A DNA stretch of 64,000 nucleotides from Candidatus Latescibacterota bacterium (GTDB taxonomy: Bacteria; Latescibacterota; UBA2968; GCA-2709665). Numbering within the stretch: position 1 is the stretch's first letter; each line of letters opens with the position of its first letter. The notes under the pieces were generated by a model. The model was not told the origin of the DNA, did not search any database, and saw only the letters and a list, made by a program, of their open reading frames with translations. The stretch is from assembly GCA_965219455.1 (NCBI GenBank), contig OZ244744.1:416001-480000 (forward strand). The letters are read 5' to 3'. Of this stretch, positions 47,961-58,756 are shown piece by piece. The translations under genes and the position numbers were made by a program.

Positions 47961-47990
47961 GGCAACCTCTCCTTCCGGTTCGAAGCCAAG

Positions 47991-48022
47991 AAAAAAAGGG
48001 CATGCCGCCCTCGAAGCATGCC
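47991..48022 (-). terminator. Intrinsic terminator in the leader of the membrane-protein gene
   Basis: GGCATGC...GCATGCC followed by T7, about 30 nt before the start codon. Confidence 0.55.
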
Positions 48023-48125
48023 GAAAGTACCAAAGTCACTTAAATTCAGAACCTTACACGCGCAGATGCAGACACGTAAACCACGAGAATATGATGCAAC
48101 AATGCCGGATCAAAGTCAAGCGAAA

Positions 48126-48171
48126 TAAAAAAGGATCTAAAGGTGAAGCCGAGGGTTCATTCCCTAGATCC
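48126..48171 (-). terminator. Intrinsic terminator after 48277..48852
   Basis: GGATCTAGGG...CTTTAGATCC followed by T6. Confidence 0.55.
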
Positions 48172-48276
48172 CGTGCCAGTCGTTGCTATGCAAAAAGCTT
48201 CCTGAAAATTCGGTTATCTCTCTCCTGAAAAGGGGTTCGGCGATCCATGAACCGAACGTGGACCGTTGCCGGCATC

Positions 48277-48852
48277 TCACCTTTCGTCAGATGGTTCGGG
48301 AATCGTCAGCCGGATCTGATGAAGAAAACGCTGGAGCGGCACATTGAAAGGTCGAGAGGATCGGTTGAGCGCCGGCTTGAACAGCGGCCCGGCCGGAAGG
48401 GGCGTCGTGCCAGGCTGCATCCTGACCTGGGCGGGGCCCTCCTGCGCTTCCGGTACGCGATAACAACCCTGTCCAAGTCCGAGGGGCCACGGCGATCCGT
48501 GCAGATCCGGTCCGGTAAGAAAAAGAACAACCTCTTCATCGACGCCGAACTCGGGAATGCCCGGAATATAGAGCCGGTGGCCGTCGGCGGTTCCGCCTGG
48601 CAACGTGAGGACGATCTCGTCTCCCGGATTGCCCTTGACCGGAGTCATTACCCTGAACCGGTGCTGTGTTACAATCTCTCCACGGCCATCATCCATATAA
48701 CTTCTGCGAGACACACACTGAACATGGGCGATCGTCTCCGCTTTTTCACACAGCGAATCGAACGCGAACCGTACCACGGTTGTTGCCTCAGGCTGCGGCA
48801 CCCAGACGGCCAGAATAACAATGGACAAAGCAGATCGCATCAGACCTGACAT
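48277..48852 (-). CDS. Secreted hypothetical protein
   Basis: Signal peptide (AxA-like PEA|TT); LPGG...G...IPG.PEF...EEVVLFL, GLGQG.Y pattern. Confidence 0.65.
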   Translation of the reverse strand: MSGLMRSALSIVILAVWVPQPEATTVVRFAFDSLCEKAETIAHVQCVSRRSYMDDGRGEIVTQHRFRVMTPVKGNPGDEIVLTLPGGTADGHRLYIPGIPEFGVDEEVVLFLTGPDLHGSPWPLGLGQGCYRVPEAQEGPAQVRMQPGTTPLPAGPLFKPALNRSSRPFNVPLQRFLHQIRLTIPEPSDER

Positions 48853-49001
48853 CGGACACCCGTTGAAAGTATAGGTGAATTGGGTAAGCAGAGCGGGCTT
48901 CTCTATCTGGAAACGCCCCTATCCGGTCATGGTTCCAAAGACGACACACGCCGATAATCCGGTGCGCCGTCACACCGGGGGAGATTCCGGTTGCGGCTGT
49001 G

Positions 49002-50369
49002 CTAACCCGGTCGTTCCGCAGGGGACCCATTTTCGGCCGGGCTTCCGCACCGGGACTTCGCGCCCCTCTCAAACAGACCCCGAGCGAGCAGCAACGCGCT
49101 TTCCCGATCCTTTACGCGGCCTTCAAGCTGGCCGTCCTCCACCGCCCTCAGCGCGGTCTTGAAGGCCGGCCCGGGCGGATATCCGAGCTTGATAAGATCC
49201 CGGCCGTTAATCAACGGCTCCGGTCGTATCTCCTCGGGCTCCAAAGCTTCCAGGGCCTGCCGGCAGAACCTGTAATTCTCCAGATTCCGGTGACTGGATA
49301 GGCAGTCGACCCGATGCAGTTCCAGGTGTTCGTCAAATCGCTCCAAGCGCAAAAACCGCTTCAACTTGCTTTTGCGCATCTGCCGTACGTGCATGAAGCG
49401 GTGATGGTCCGCCACAAGTCGAACGATGTGACCGGTGGCCTCCCTGGAAAACCGCAGCCTGCGGCATATCTCGTCGGTCATCCCGGCTCCCACGCGGTCG
49501 TGATTGTCAAATCGAATACGATCCGCTGACACAAACGTGCGCGGCTTTCCCACATCGTGCAACAGCACCGCCATAGCCAATTCCGGAGACGGATTGCGCA
49601 TCAGCCCCAGCATGATCAACGTGTGGGTCAACACGTCGCCTTCCGGATGAAACTCCGGCGGTTGAGGGACCCCATCGAGGGCCAGAACCTCCGGCACGAC
49701 CTCGGTCATCAGCCCGGAATCGATGAGCCACCTCACCCCGAGAGACCCGCCCCCTTCAGTCAGAATCCGGACAAATTCGTCCCGGATGCGTTCTTTGCTG
49801 ACCTCCGCGAGATTTCCACTGAAACGCCGGATTGCCGCGAAAGTCGCGCCATCGATCCGCCAGTGGAAGCGGCAGCCCAACCGCAACGCCCTCATCATTC
49901 GCAGCCGGTCTTCCGCAAACCGCTCTTCGGCGGGACCAATGGTTCGGATCACCTTCTCCTTCAAATCCGCCTGTCCGCCCACGTAATCCAGCACCCGATC
50001 CGCCAGTGGGTCCCAGAACATCCCGTTCACGGTGAAATCACGACGCCGGGCATCCTCGGTTTCGTCTGCGAATACGACCGCGTCGGGATGCCGCCCGTCG
50101 CTGTAGCCCAGATCACGCCGAAAACGGGCAACCTCGAAGACGTGCCCCGCCAGCCGCACTTCCACCACACCAAAGTGCGCGCCTACAGACTGGGCACGTT
50201 GAAAAATGCCGATCACCTGTTGGGGATCGGCATCGGTTGCAACATCGTAGTCCCGGGGTTCCACCCCCAGCAGGAGATCCCTCACGCACCCTCCGGCCAG
50301 CAACGCCCGGAACCCGCGCGCGTGGAGACGTCGTACCACTTCAATTGCCGTGTCGTGAGCAGATGCCAT
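49002..50369 (-). CDS. cca: CCA tRNA nucleotidyltransferase / poly(A) polymerase family with HD domain
   Basis: GGCVRD.LLG..P.DYDVAT, RRDFTVN, EDRLRMMRA.R, HPEGDV..HT, LLHDVGKP. Confidence 0.88.
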   Translation of the reverse strand: MASAHDTAIEVVRRLHARGFRALLAGGCVRDLLLGVEPRDYDVATDADPQQVIGIFQRAQSVGAHFGVVEVRLAGHVFEVARFRRDLGYSDGRHPDAVVFADETEDARRRDFTVNGMFWDPLADRVLDYVGGQADLKEKVIRTIGPAEERFAEDRLRMMRALRLGCRFHWRIDGATFAAIRRFSGNLAEVSKERIRDEFVRILTEGGGSLGVRWLIDSGLMTEVVPEVLALDGVPQPPEFHPEGDVLTHTLIMLGLMRNPSPELAMAVLLHDVGKPRTFVSADRIRFDNHDRVGAGMTDEICRRLRFSREATGHIVRLVADHHRFMHVRQMRKSKLKRFLRLERFDEHLELHRVDCLSSHRNLENYRFCRQALEALEPEEIRPEPLINGRDLIKLGYPPGPAFKTALRAVEDGQLEGRVKDRESALLLARGLFERGAKSRCGSPAENGSPAERPG

Positions 50370-50374
50370 TGCGT

Positions 50375-51667
50375 TTAGTCCAAAGGAACGGGAACCCGTT
50401 CGATCCGGGCGCCCAGCGCGCGAAGACGCTCGTCGATGCAATCGTACCCGCGATCGATTTGCTCGATGTTCCGGATCACACTTTGGCCTTCGGCGCACAG
50501 GCTAGCGATCAGCAACGCCATCCCGGCCCTGATATCGGGACTCGTAATCCGCTCCCCGTACAGTTTCGACGGCCCCACGATAACCGCCCTGTGAGGGTCG
50601 CAAAGGATAATCTCGGCCCCCATCTCGATCAACCGATCCAGCCAGAAAAGGCGGCTCTCATACATCTTCTCAAAAAACAGGACGGTTCCCCGCGCCTGCG
50701 TGGCCACCACAAGCGCGATGCTCATCAGATCCGCGGGAAATCCGGGCCAGGGATCGTCAAAAATCTTTGGAATCGCGTCTCCGACGTCCCGGACGATCTC
50801 CAGTTTCTGATGGTCGGGAACCAGAATATCGTCTCCGTGAACCACCACCTCCACCCCCAACCGTTCAAAAACCATCAGGCTCCGACGCATATGATGCGGT
50901 GCGGCGTCTCTGATCCGTATCTCCCCGTTGGTTACCGCCGCCAGGCCGATGAAACTCCCAACTTCCATATAGTCGGGACCGATGGTATGTTCGCCGGCGT
51001 GAAGCGTCTTTACCCCTTCAATGGTCAGTTCATTCGTGCCCACGCCTGAAATCCGGGCGCCCATGGCGTTCAGCAGATGACACAACTCCTGTACGTGCGG
51101 TTCGCAGGCGGCGTTCCGGATGACGGTTGCACCCTTGGCCAGAGTGGATGCCATGATCACGTTTTCCGTGCCGGTCACGCTCCGCTCATCCAGAAAAATG
51201 TCGGCGCCCGTCAATCCGTCCGGCGCCCACATTTCATAGACATGGTTGGTCTGGATGCGGGCGCCCAGCGCTTCCAGAGCGCGGAGATGTGTATCCAGGC
51301 GCCGGCGGCCGATTTTGTCTCCTCCGGGCCGTGGCGTTGTCGCACGGCCGTGTCGCGCCAGAAGCGGTCCGGCGAGCAGAATACTTCCGCGGGCTTTTCC
51401 GCACAAATCAGGATTCAGAGCGGTCTTGCTCAGGGAAGCCGCGCACGAGGTCAGTTCGGCCCGGCCCGTATGCTGAACCGAGACGCCCAGATCGCGCAAG
51501 AGCTTGATGAGGGTAATTACATCTCCGATGGGCGGCGCATTCTTCAACACCACCGTCTCGTCAGTCAATAGCGTTGCCGCAAGGAGCGTGAGCGCGGCAT
51601 TCTTGTTTCCGAAAGGCGTGACGGTCCCGGAAAGTGGAAATCCACCTTCGATTACGAACTGTTCCAT
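50375..51667 (-). CDS. murA: UDP-N-acetylglucosamine 1-carboxyvinyltransferase
   Basis: [48 protein letters not shown]. Confidence 0.96.
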   Translation of the reverse strand: MEQFVIEGGFPLSGTVTPFGNKNAALTLLAATLLTDETVVLKNAPPIGDVITLIKLLRDLGVSVQHTGRAELTSCAASLSKTALNPDLCGKARGSILLAGPLLARHGRATTPRPGGDKIGRRRLDTHLRALEALGARIQTNHVYEMWAPDGLTGADIFLDERSVTGTENVIMASTLAKGATVIRNAACEPHVQELCHLLNAMGARISGVGTNELTIEGVKTLHAGEHTIGPDYMEVGSFIGLAAVTNGEIRIRDAAPHHMRRSLMVFERLGVEVVVHGDDILVPDHQKLEIVRDVGDAIPKIFDDPWPGFPADLMSIALVVATQARGTVLFFEKMYESRLFWLDRLIEMGAEIILCDPHRAVIVGPSKLYGERITSPDIRAGMALLIASLCAEGQSVIRNIEQIDRGYDCIDERLRALGARIERVPVPLD

Positions 51668-51832
51668 AAGAACACACGCTCCGGCGACTCTCGAACAGGA
51701 GGACGGAGATTATATGTATATCGTGGTAAGTTACAATATATCATATCTTTACAGAAAACTCAAGGGAAATGTGCGCCGTGACGCGGCGGGTCGACGACGA
51801 CGGAATGAGCCGACCGCCGCGCGTAGGGCCAA

Positions 51833-52915
51833 TCAGACATCGGAAGCGGTCACGGCAGCCTCGGGGTGGATATAGAGTTGCCCGCAGCCGGCCGCGATAT
51901 CCACTCCCTTGCTGTAACGCACCGTCGTTGTCAGATGCGCATTCTTGAGGATCTGTACAAACCGATCTACGGCGTCCTGCGGCGGCCGTTCAAATGGTGC
52001 GTCTTCGATCGGATTCCATGGAATGACGTTGATTTTGCACGGTATGCCCCGGACCAGCGCAACCAGACGTCTGGCGTCCTCGATCGAATCGTTGAAACCG
52101 TGCAGAAGCACATATTCGAACGTCACCCGCCGGTCAATCCGCTGCCGATACGCCCTGACGGCGGCAAGAAGCTCGGCAATCGGCCAACGCCTGTTGATCG
52201 ACATAATTCTCGAACGCTGTACATCGTCTGTCGCATTCAGAGAAACCGCCAGACCGACCTTCAATCCCTCCCTGGCCAACTTCAATATGCCGGGCACATA
52301 GCCGACTGTCGAAAGCGTGATCCTGCGGATTCCTATGGCCAGCCCGTAATCCAGGTTCATCAGTCGGATCGCGCGAATGACATTATCGTAATTCAACAGC
52401 GGCTCCCCCATACCCATCATCACCACGTTGGTCAGGTCGTCGTCGCGCGCGCTCAGTTCACGGCGGACGTAAACCAGTTGATCCAGAATTTCGCCGGCGG
52501 TCAGGTTGCGGAGCAGCCCCATCCGGCCGGTCGCGCAAAACGTACAATCCAGCGGACATCCCACCTGCGACGAAACGCACAGCGTACGACGCCTGCCGTC
52601 GCGCATCAGGACGCTTTCGACGCGCTTGCCGTCCGGAAGTTCAAACAGGTACTTCACCGTGTCGCCGGCATCCGCGCCCGCCCTTGCCGCCACCTTCAGA
52701 CTCAAAATCGACGCACGCTTCCTCAGCGTTGCGCGAACCGCCTTAGTGAGGTCGGTCATCTCAGCGAAGTCGGTTGTGCCGCGATTGTAGATCCACGCCG
52801 CGATCTGCCTGGCGCGATAGGGCTCCAACCCGAGGGAAGCCACAAATGCCTCGAGTTCCTCGGGAAAGAATCCTTTCAGATCAACTCGGTCGCTTGTCTC
52901 CAAAGGGCCCGCCAT
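51833..52915 (-). CDS. rlmN: Dual-specificity rRNA/tRNA methyltransferase
   Basis: CVSSQVGCPLDCTFCATG, MGMGEPL.N, EYVLL, DIAAGCGQL. Confidence 0.96.
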   Translation of the reverse strand: MAGPLETSDRVDLKGFFPEELEAFVASLGLEPYRARQIAAWIYNRGTTDFAEMTDLTKAVRATLRKRASILSLKVAARAGADAGDTVKYLFELPDGKRVESVLMRDGRRRTLCVSSQVGCPLDCTFCATGRMGLLRNLTAGEILDQLVYVRRELSARDDDLTNVVMMGMGEPLLNYDNVIRAIRLMNLDYGLAIGIRRITLSTVGYVPGILKLAREGLKVGLAVSLNATDDVQRSRIMSINRRWPIAELLAAVRAYRQRIDRRVTFEYVLLHGFNDSIEDARRLVALVRGIPCKINVIPWNPIEDAPFERPPQDAVDRFVQILKNAHLTTTVRYSKGVDIAAGCGQLYIHPEAAVTASDV

Positions 52916-52990
52916 GTGTCCATCTCCTTGTTTTCACCGTACGTGTATGAGATTAACGATGCGGCGCTCCGGACGCAAGGAAAATATGGG

Positions 52991-53019
52991 TTGACAGAAA
53001 GTACGTTTTGCCCTATCTT
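52991..53019 (+). promoter_or_regulatory. Sigma70-type promoter of the M23 peptidase gene
   Basis: TTGACA-N17-TATCTT. Confidence 0.6.
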
Positions 53020-53131
53020 GCAAAATTCGTTCTGCCCTCATAACAATAAGTTACGTTCATTTTTCCGCTTGTTTCCGTTGGGTCTTCTCAAAGTCCCCAG
53101 ACCCCTTCCGGCATTCCAAGCAACTAAAAAT

Positions 53132-54499
53132 ATGCCTATTCGTAAACGTGATCACACGAACCGGCCTCCACGATCCGGTCGCCGGTTCAGGCTGACAAAG
53201 TTTGCTCTCATCGTCTTTGTCGTAACCGCCGCTGTACCGATCTGGCTGGCGGCCACCCGGCCGCCTGAACCCGAAACCGTTCAAAATCCCGAAGTCGTAC
53301 AGGAAGCGCCCCCGGTTCCAGCCCCTCTTCCGTCCAGTCCTGAACCGCAATTCTCGGAAGTCGAAGGGCACATCCGACACAGAGAAACATTCTGGGACGC
53401 ATTGAACCGGGAAGACGTCGCGCGATCCCAGATTTACGAACTGCTGGTCGCCTTCAAGAAAGGGATCCCCCGGGCGGAATTCAACCCCGGAATCGTCCAG
53501 AGCGGAGACCGCTACGAACTCGGCATAGACAGCCTGGGAGCCATACAGTCCTTTGAATTTATCAAGAGAGGAGCCATCGAGACCGGTTTTGTCGTAACGA
53601 GGAAGAACGGCAGGCTTACCGCGCGCAAAGAGCAGATACCTCTGGAGCGCCGGATCGCCCTCGTAACGGGTGAAATCCGCAACACCCTTTGGAACGCCCT
53701 GTTTGAAGCCGGTGAAGTCCCTGCCGTGCTGAGTGGCGAAATGGCCGCAATTTTTGAATACGACATCGACTTCATGGTCGATTGCCGCGTCGGCGACCGG
53801 TTTACCCTTGCACTGGAGAAATTATATAAAGACGGCCGGTTCCTGCGATATGGAGATATCCTTTCAGCCGAATACCAGGCGGCCCGAAAAAACCATCAGG
53901 CCTTTCTGTTCGAATCCGCGGACGGCCTTGTGGGCTATTACGATTCGAACGGCAAGTCGCTACGCGGCCTGTTTCTGAAATCTCCGCTCAAATACCGGCG
54001 AATCAGTTCCGGTTTTTCCAACCGCCGGTTCCACCCTATCCTTAAGAAGTACATCCCCCACCACGGCATCGACTACGCCGCCGGGTACGGCACACCCGTG
54101 TGGGCAACCGCCCCGGGTACCGTTGTTTTCAAGGGCCGGAAAGGCGCTCTCGGGAACTACATCGAAATTCGGCACCGAAACGGCCACAAGACCGGCTACG
54201 GCCACCTCAGCAAGTTCGGGCGCGGTCTGAAGAAGGGCTCGTACGTCAAACAAAAGCAGGTCGTCGGTTTTGTCGGCGCGACCGGTCGCGCCACCGGACC
54301 ACACCTTCATTACAACTTCTTTGTCAGAAACGGCAAGGGTTATCGCCTTCGAAACCCTGCCAGATTGGCCAATCGCTCCAAGGCCAGACCGCTATCCCCG
54401 GATCTACTGGCCAGCTTCAGGCAACAACGCGACCGCCTGCTGGCGCTGTTCGACGACCCGAAGGCGTCGGTTGTGACCAACCTGCAGGCCCCACCGTAA
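53132..54499 (+). CDS. M23 family peptidoglycan DD-metalloendopeptidase (MepM-like)
   Basis: N-terminal TM anchor; RISS.F...RFHPIL, HHGIDY, YGHLS, TGPHLHY; ATG 53132. Confidence 0.9.
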   Translation: MPIRKRDHTNRPPRSGRRFRLTKFALIVFVVTAAVPIWLAATRPPEPETVQNPEVVQEAPPVPAPLPSSPEPQFSEVEGHIRHRETFWDALNREDVARSQIYELLVAFKKGIPRAEFNPGIVQSGDRYELGIDSLGAIQSFEFIKRGAIETGFVVTRKNGRLTARKEQIPLERRIALVTGEIRNTLWNALFEAGEVPAVLSGEMAAIFEYDIDFMVDCRVGDRFTLALEKLYKDGRFLRYGDILSAEYQAARKNHQAFLFESADGLVGYYDSNGKSLRGLFLKSPLKYRRISSGFSNRRFHPILKKYIPHHGIDYAAGYGTPVWATAPGTVVFKGRKGALGNYIEIRHRNGHKTGYGHLSKFGRGLKKGSYVKQKQVVGFVGATGRATGPHLHYNFFVRNGKGYRLRNPARLANRSKARPLSPDLLASFRQQRDRLLALFDDPKASVVTNLQAPP

Positions 54500-54728
54500 A
54501 TCTCCACACACCCACCCGCGTCGCAGAATAGCCGACCCGCAGGCAAGATGAACTCACGTGCGAAGCGCCCGGTAAAGACGACCCTGCTCTCGACGACCGC
54601 GGCGGCGATAGAACCCCGATTCCATTAGATCGAGTTCCCTAAGTACAATCCGAAAAAGAGCCCGTGTGAGGCAATTGTCGGGTTTCGCCTGCACCGGGCG
54701 GGTTGCAGGCCCAGATGAAGGTGACATC

Positions 54729-55889
54729 TTGAGAATTGCGTACTTCGACTGCCATGCCGGCATAAGCGGCGACATGATTCTTGGCGCACTCGTGGATGCG
54801 GGCCTGTGTATTGAGACGTTACAGAGGGAACTCGACAAACTCCACCTGGAGGGAGTCCGACTTCGGACCGGAAGGGTTCACAGGCACGGCATCGCCGCGA
54901 CGAAAGTCGATGTCGTCGCCGACGAGGGGCATGTACATCGCCGACTGAGGGACGTGCTGGAAATCATCGAGACTGCGGACATCACGATCGGAACCAAACG
55001 GCAGACCGGCGCCATATTCCGGCGTCTCGCCGAAGCCGAAGCCGAAGTTCACGGCGTTTCAGTCGACCGCGTCCATTTTCACGAAGTGGGTGCGGCAGAC
55101 GCCATTGCAGATATCGCCGGCGCCGTCATCGGCCTGGAACAGCTCGGCGTCGAACGCGTCTACGCCTCACCCCTTCGATTCGGTCGCGGAACAACCCGAA
55201 GTTGCCATGGCGTACTGCCGATTCCCGTTCCCGCGGTGCTCGCCCTTTGCAGAGATGTGCCGGCCGAACGCACCGACATTCCGTTTGAACTGATCACACC
55301 TACCGGCGCGGCGATTCTGACCACGCTGGCAGAACAAATCGGCGCCAGTCCTCCCTTTCGAACCCGTCAGATCGGCTATGGGGCGGGCAGTCGCGACATC
55401 GATCAGGTACCGAACCTGCTCCGACTGGAAATTGGTGAATCCGAGTCCTCCCTGCAGGCAGACGCGGTCATCCTCATAGAAACCAACATTGACGATATGA
55501 CACCTGAAATCTACGGCTACCTGATCGACCGCCTGCTCGAGAATGGCGCCAGAGACGCGTATCTCACGCCCCTCATTATGAAAAAGGGACGGCCGGGGGT
55601 GATGCTCAGCGTGCTCGTCGATCCGGCCCATACACCTTCAGTCACGGATCTGATCTTCCGCGAAACCACGACGCTTGGCGTCCGTCTGCGCCGCGTCGAG
55701 CGGCAGACCGTCTCCCGGCGGACAGAAGTCGTTGAAACCGCATTCGGCCCCGTAACCGTTAAAATTGCCAATTACGACGGCAGGGCGCGAATTGCGCCCG
55801 AATATGAAGACTGCGCCCGAATCGCACGGGAAAAGGACATTCCGATACTGGACGTGTACCGCGCCGCTTCAGACGCCGCAGAACGCTGA
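54729..55889 (+). CDS. larC: Nickel pincer cofactor biosynthesis protein
   Basis: YFDCHAGISGDM.LGAL, VHFHEVGA.D.IADI, TPTGAA, ETNIDD, MKKGRPG, ETTTLGVR, PEYEDC. Confidence 0.92.
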   Translation: MRIAYFDCHAGISGDMILGALVDAGLCIETLQRELDKLHLEGVRLRTGRVHRHGIAATKVDVVADEGHVHRRLRDVLEIIETADITIGTKRQTGAIFRRLAEAEAEVHGVSVDRVHFHEVGAADAIADIAGAVIGLEQLGVERVYASPLRFGRGTTRSCHGVLPIPVPAVLALCRDVPAERTDIPFELITPTGAAILTTLAEQIGASPPFRTRQIGYGAGSRDIDQVPNLLRLEIGESESSLQADAVILIETNIDDMTPEIYGYLIDRLLENGARDAYLTPLIMKKGRPGVMLSVLVDPAHTPSVTDLIFRETTTLGVRLRRVERQTVSRRTEVVETAFGPVTVKIANYDGRARIAPEYEDCARIAREKDIPILDVYRAASDAAER

Positions 55890-55901
55890 ACGCTCAGGCG
55901 C

Positions 55902-58574
55902 TTACCCGTGCAACCACACGAACGCCGACGTCCGGATGCGACAGGTCACCGGCCCCGAAGCGGCACGCAACGGAAAGTACAGGTGGCGCATCGTACCGTT
56001 CGAAATTGAGAATCCCGGATCTTCCGTTGTCGCCAGGATGAGTCCTCGTGCATCTCGGATAACACGTTCCACGGCGCATCCCATCGTCAGGCCGTCCCCG
56101 AATCGTACGATTGCCATCGCCTTCTCGACATCGGCGTCCTCGCGGATATCGCCGGTCACCCGCAAGCCGTCAACCGGGTCTCCGTCCGCCTTTCTGAGAA
56201 CACCGGCCACCTCCAGATCATAGACCCCCTTGCCCCGAATCACCTCCTCTTCCCATCTCAACTCATCTCCGCCCCACAACCCCATGCACGTGGGGGCGCC
56301 GTCCCGTTCCCGTACAAACCCGAACTCGCCATTCAGGCTGAGTTTCCCAATGACCAGCGGCTCCTTGCGCCATACCGTGCGATGCACAATATGATCCACG
56401 TATCCTCCATGTCTCACCTCCAGCGCAACAGACCAATCGTCCGTGTATACCTGCCGGATCGACTCGATGAACGGAGATCCGCTGAAGGGCTCGTGGATCG
56501 CGGCAAACACGCTCGAAAGGGGCGCGCGTCCGCGGCGGCGTGCGACAAAAACGGGCATCCTGAACCGATCCAATTCGGCATCGTTTTCATTGGTTCGGCG
56601 CACTGACGGTGCGTCACCCAGGAAAATCTCCGCTTCCGAAAGTCCCGGCAGGTGACACCGCAGCCCGGCTTGCACTCCCTCCAGGCCGAATCGTACCGAC
56701 AATCCGTTGTCAACGCGACCGCGAAATACGTTCTGAATAAATCCGTAGCCCACAGACCGACCCCCGGCATCGCCGGCGTCCCCCCCATATTCGGGCATCC
56801 GCACGTTGACGCCCGGCAGCAGATTCGGTCCGAAAGGCCTTACGGGCACATCCGTTTCCGCCCATCCGTCCCGGTCCGCGCTTCCGTGCAACGTCCAGTC
56901 GTGCTGGGTACCTCCGCGCACATGGAAAATATCCACCGAATACACATGCCCATCACCCGCGTCGGCCAGCATGACCATTCGTCGGTATTCCCGCGCCAAT
57001 CCCGGGTATGCGCGTTCTCCTCCGGCTTCCAACCACTGCACGGGTTGATGTTCCGTCTCAAAAGCCAGCAACCGGCCGCGAGACGGCCCCCGATTGCCTC
57101 CCGTATACTGTTCCTGTTCATCGATCACCACCGTGTTGTGCGCCAACGTGCTGACGTTCCAGGACCTGTACCGCGAATGGGTGTATCCCAGGTCCGGCAA
57201 CAGTTCCTCGCCATTGGCGAAGAACATCAGATTCAACATGTCGGCGTGGTCATGTCCGTGGCCGCCTTCTGAGAAATGAAGGTGTACCTGCGTCTGGCGC
57301 CGCCCCACCCCACTCCCGAGCCACGCATGCCCCATTCCGCCAAACAAGGTCGGACACGAGCGCTCTGACGGCTTCAAGTCCTCATACCGCGCCCAGGTAT
57401 CGTGCACCGGTATCAGCCGTCCATCGGGGTACCTGAAAGCCTCGAGAACACGATCACAACGTGCCACCTCCGTAAACTCCGGAAGCGGATCCAGATTGAC
57501 GAATCGCCTGCCGTCTTCGGGATCCACATATCCCGGAGGATCGGAATATCCAGCCAGGGCGTCCAGGACACGCCGAAGGCCCGTCAACGTATAGCGGTGA
57601 TATGCGGGGCTGCCCTGGCACCAGAAACCATCCGCGGAGAAACGCCGGAACAGGCCGTGCGCGCACTGCACAGCCAGGTGTACCAGCGCGGGATCTCCCA
57701 TCACGCGGCCGGCAACCGCATATCCCTCGTAGGTCTCTGGACTGGCGTTGGTATAAAGGAGACCATGGAAGGCGTCCTGCCGAATTCCACCCCTGAAAAA
57801 CCCGTCCTCTATGCGGCGACTGACATCCTCACCCCGTTCTTCTGAAAGCCGCTCCAGTTCGCCGCTATCCCGAATCGAATCGTACGCGTAAATCATCTCC
57901 GTAGGGATCTCGGCGTAGCGCCACTCTCCCCACTTCCCGCCCCTGCGGGGAAAGGGTGGGTACATACACACCCGCTTTGCCGAATTCGCCACGTCCGTCC
58001 AGACGAGAAAACCCGGATAATTCCGCGCAATTGTGTCCAGAATCAACGCAGACCGCCGGGCATATTGCCGCTGATCGGTCGCCCGGTACAATCGACCGAG
58101 ATCCCTCGCACGATCGGCAAGATAGAAGCGTGCGCACCACCAGGCCCTGGCGCGGAAGAAGTATCTTCTTCCCGACGGATCTTCGTAAAAAGGGTATTCG
58201 ACCTCGATCCCCAGCGGATTCAATATGCGCATGGTCCGATTCTCGGCAAATTCACCTCCGGGAAAAACCGTTGCGCAGTGCCGGCAACGGACTCGTAGCG
58301 GGTCCTCGACTGACCAGTCGAGTTGCCGTTCTCTGACTCCCTCACCACAACAGGCGCAGGCCACGTACCTGAACCCGGTACGATCCGGCACCAGGGCAAC
58401 CAGCTCGTCCTCGGACATTGCCATCAACGGCGAGACGGCCCGCTGTAGCTTCTCCAGGGATTCGGCCGACGGCGAGACTTGGTAGACCGGGTGCGGGACT
58501 CCGGCGGCCGTGCACCTGCCTGGCCAGAGCCAGCACAGGACGAGAAGGCTGAACAACACACCCAATCCATCCAT
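55902..58574 (-). CDS. Secreted heparinase II/III family polysaccharide lyase-like protein
   Basis: Signal peptide; DG.W.QGS..YH, GHDHADMLN, DLGY, TLAHNTVVIDE..Q; N-terminal CxxC...CxxC. Confidence 0.8.
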   Translation of the reverse strand: MDGLGVLFSLLVLCWLWPGRCTAAGVPHPVYQVSPSAESLEKLQRAVSPLMAMSEDELVALVPDRTGFRYVACACCGEGVRERQLDWSVEDPLRVRCRHCATVFPGGEFAENRTMRILNPLGIEVEYPFYEDPSGRRYFFRARAWWCARFYLADRARDLGRLYRATDQRQYARRSALILDTIARNYPGFLVWTDVANSAKRVCMYPPFPRRGGKWGEWRYAEIPTEMIYAYDSIRDSGELERLSEERGEDVSRRIEDGFFRGGIRQDAFHGLLYTNASPETYEGYAVAGRVMGDPALVHLAVQCAHGLFRRFSADGFWCQGSPAYHRYTLTGLRRVLDALAGYSDPPGYVDPEDGRRFVNLDPLPEFTEVARCDRVLEAFRYPDGRLIPVHDTWARYEDLKPSERSCPTLFGGMGHAWLGSGVGRRQTQVHLHFSEGGHGHDHADMLNLMFFANGEELLPDLGYTHSRYRSWNVSTLAHNTVVIDEQEQYTGGNRGPSRGRLLAFETEHQPVQWLEAGGERAYPGLAREYRRMVMLADAGDGHVYSVDIFHVRGGTQHDWTLHGSADRDGWAETDVPVRPFGPNLLPGVNVRMPEYGGDAGDAGGRSVGYGFIQNVFRGRVDNGLSVRFGLEGVQAGLRCHLPGLSEAEIFLGDAPSVRRTNENDAELDRFRMPVFVARRRGRAPLSSVFAAIHEPFSGSPFIESIRQVYTDDWSVALEVRHGGYVDHIVHRTVWRKEPLVIGKLSLNGEFGFVRERDGAPTCMGLWGGDELRWEEEVIRGKGVYDLEVAGVLRKADGDPVDGLRVTGDIREDADVEKAMAIVRFGDGLTMGCAVERVIRDARGLILATTEDPGFSISNGTMRHLYFPLRAASGPVTCRIRTSAFVWLHG

Positions 58575-58756
58575 TGCCCTATCCGATCGCAATGATTATC
58601 TTTGCCTGACTATCGCAGGGAGGGACGTCGCACGGCGATTCGGGCCCGAAGATGAATCGTTTCGCCCGGACATTGTCCGTCCTGAAATACCACGTTTCCA
58701 AACCTTGACACGACCCTTGCGGGATTGCGGCGGCCGTTGGAAAAAGGAGAACCGCG

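Noticed and set aside
51866-53131. N-terminal ~420 aa of the 877-aa track ORF
   Set aside because: Antisense to rlmN; the M23 gene has its own promoter (52991) and start at 53132.
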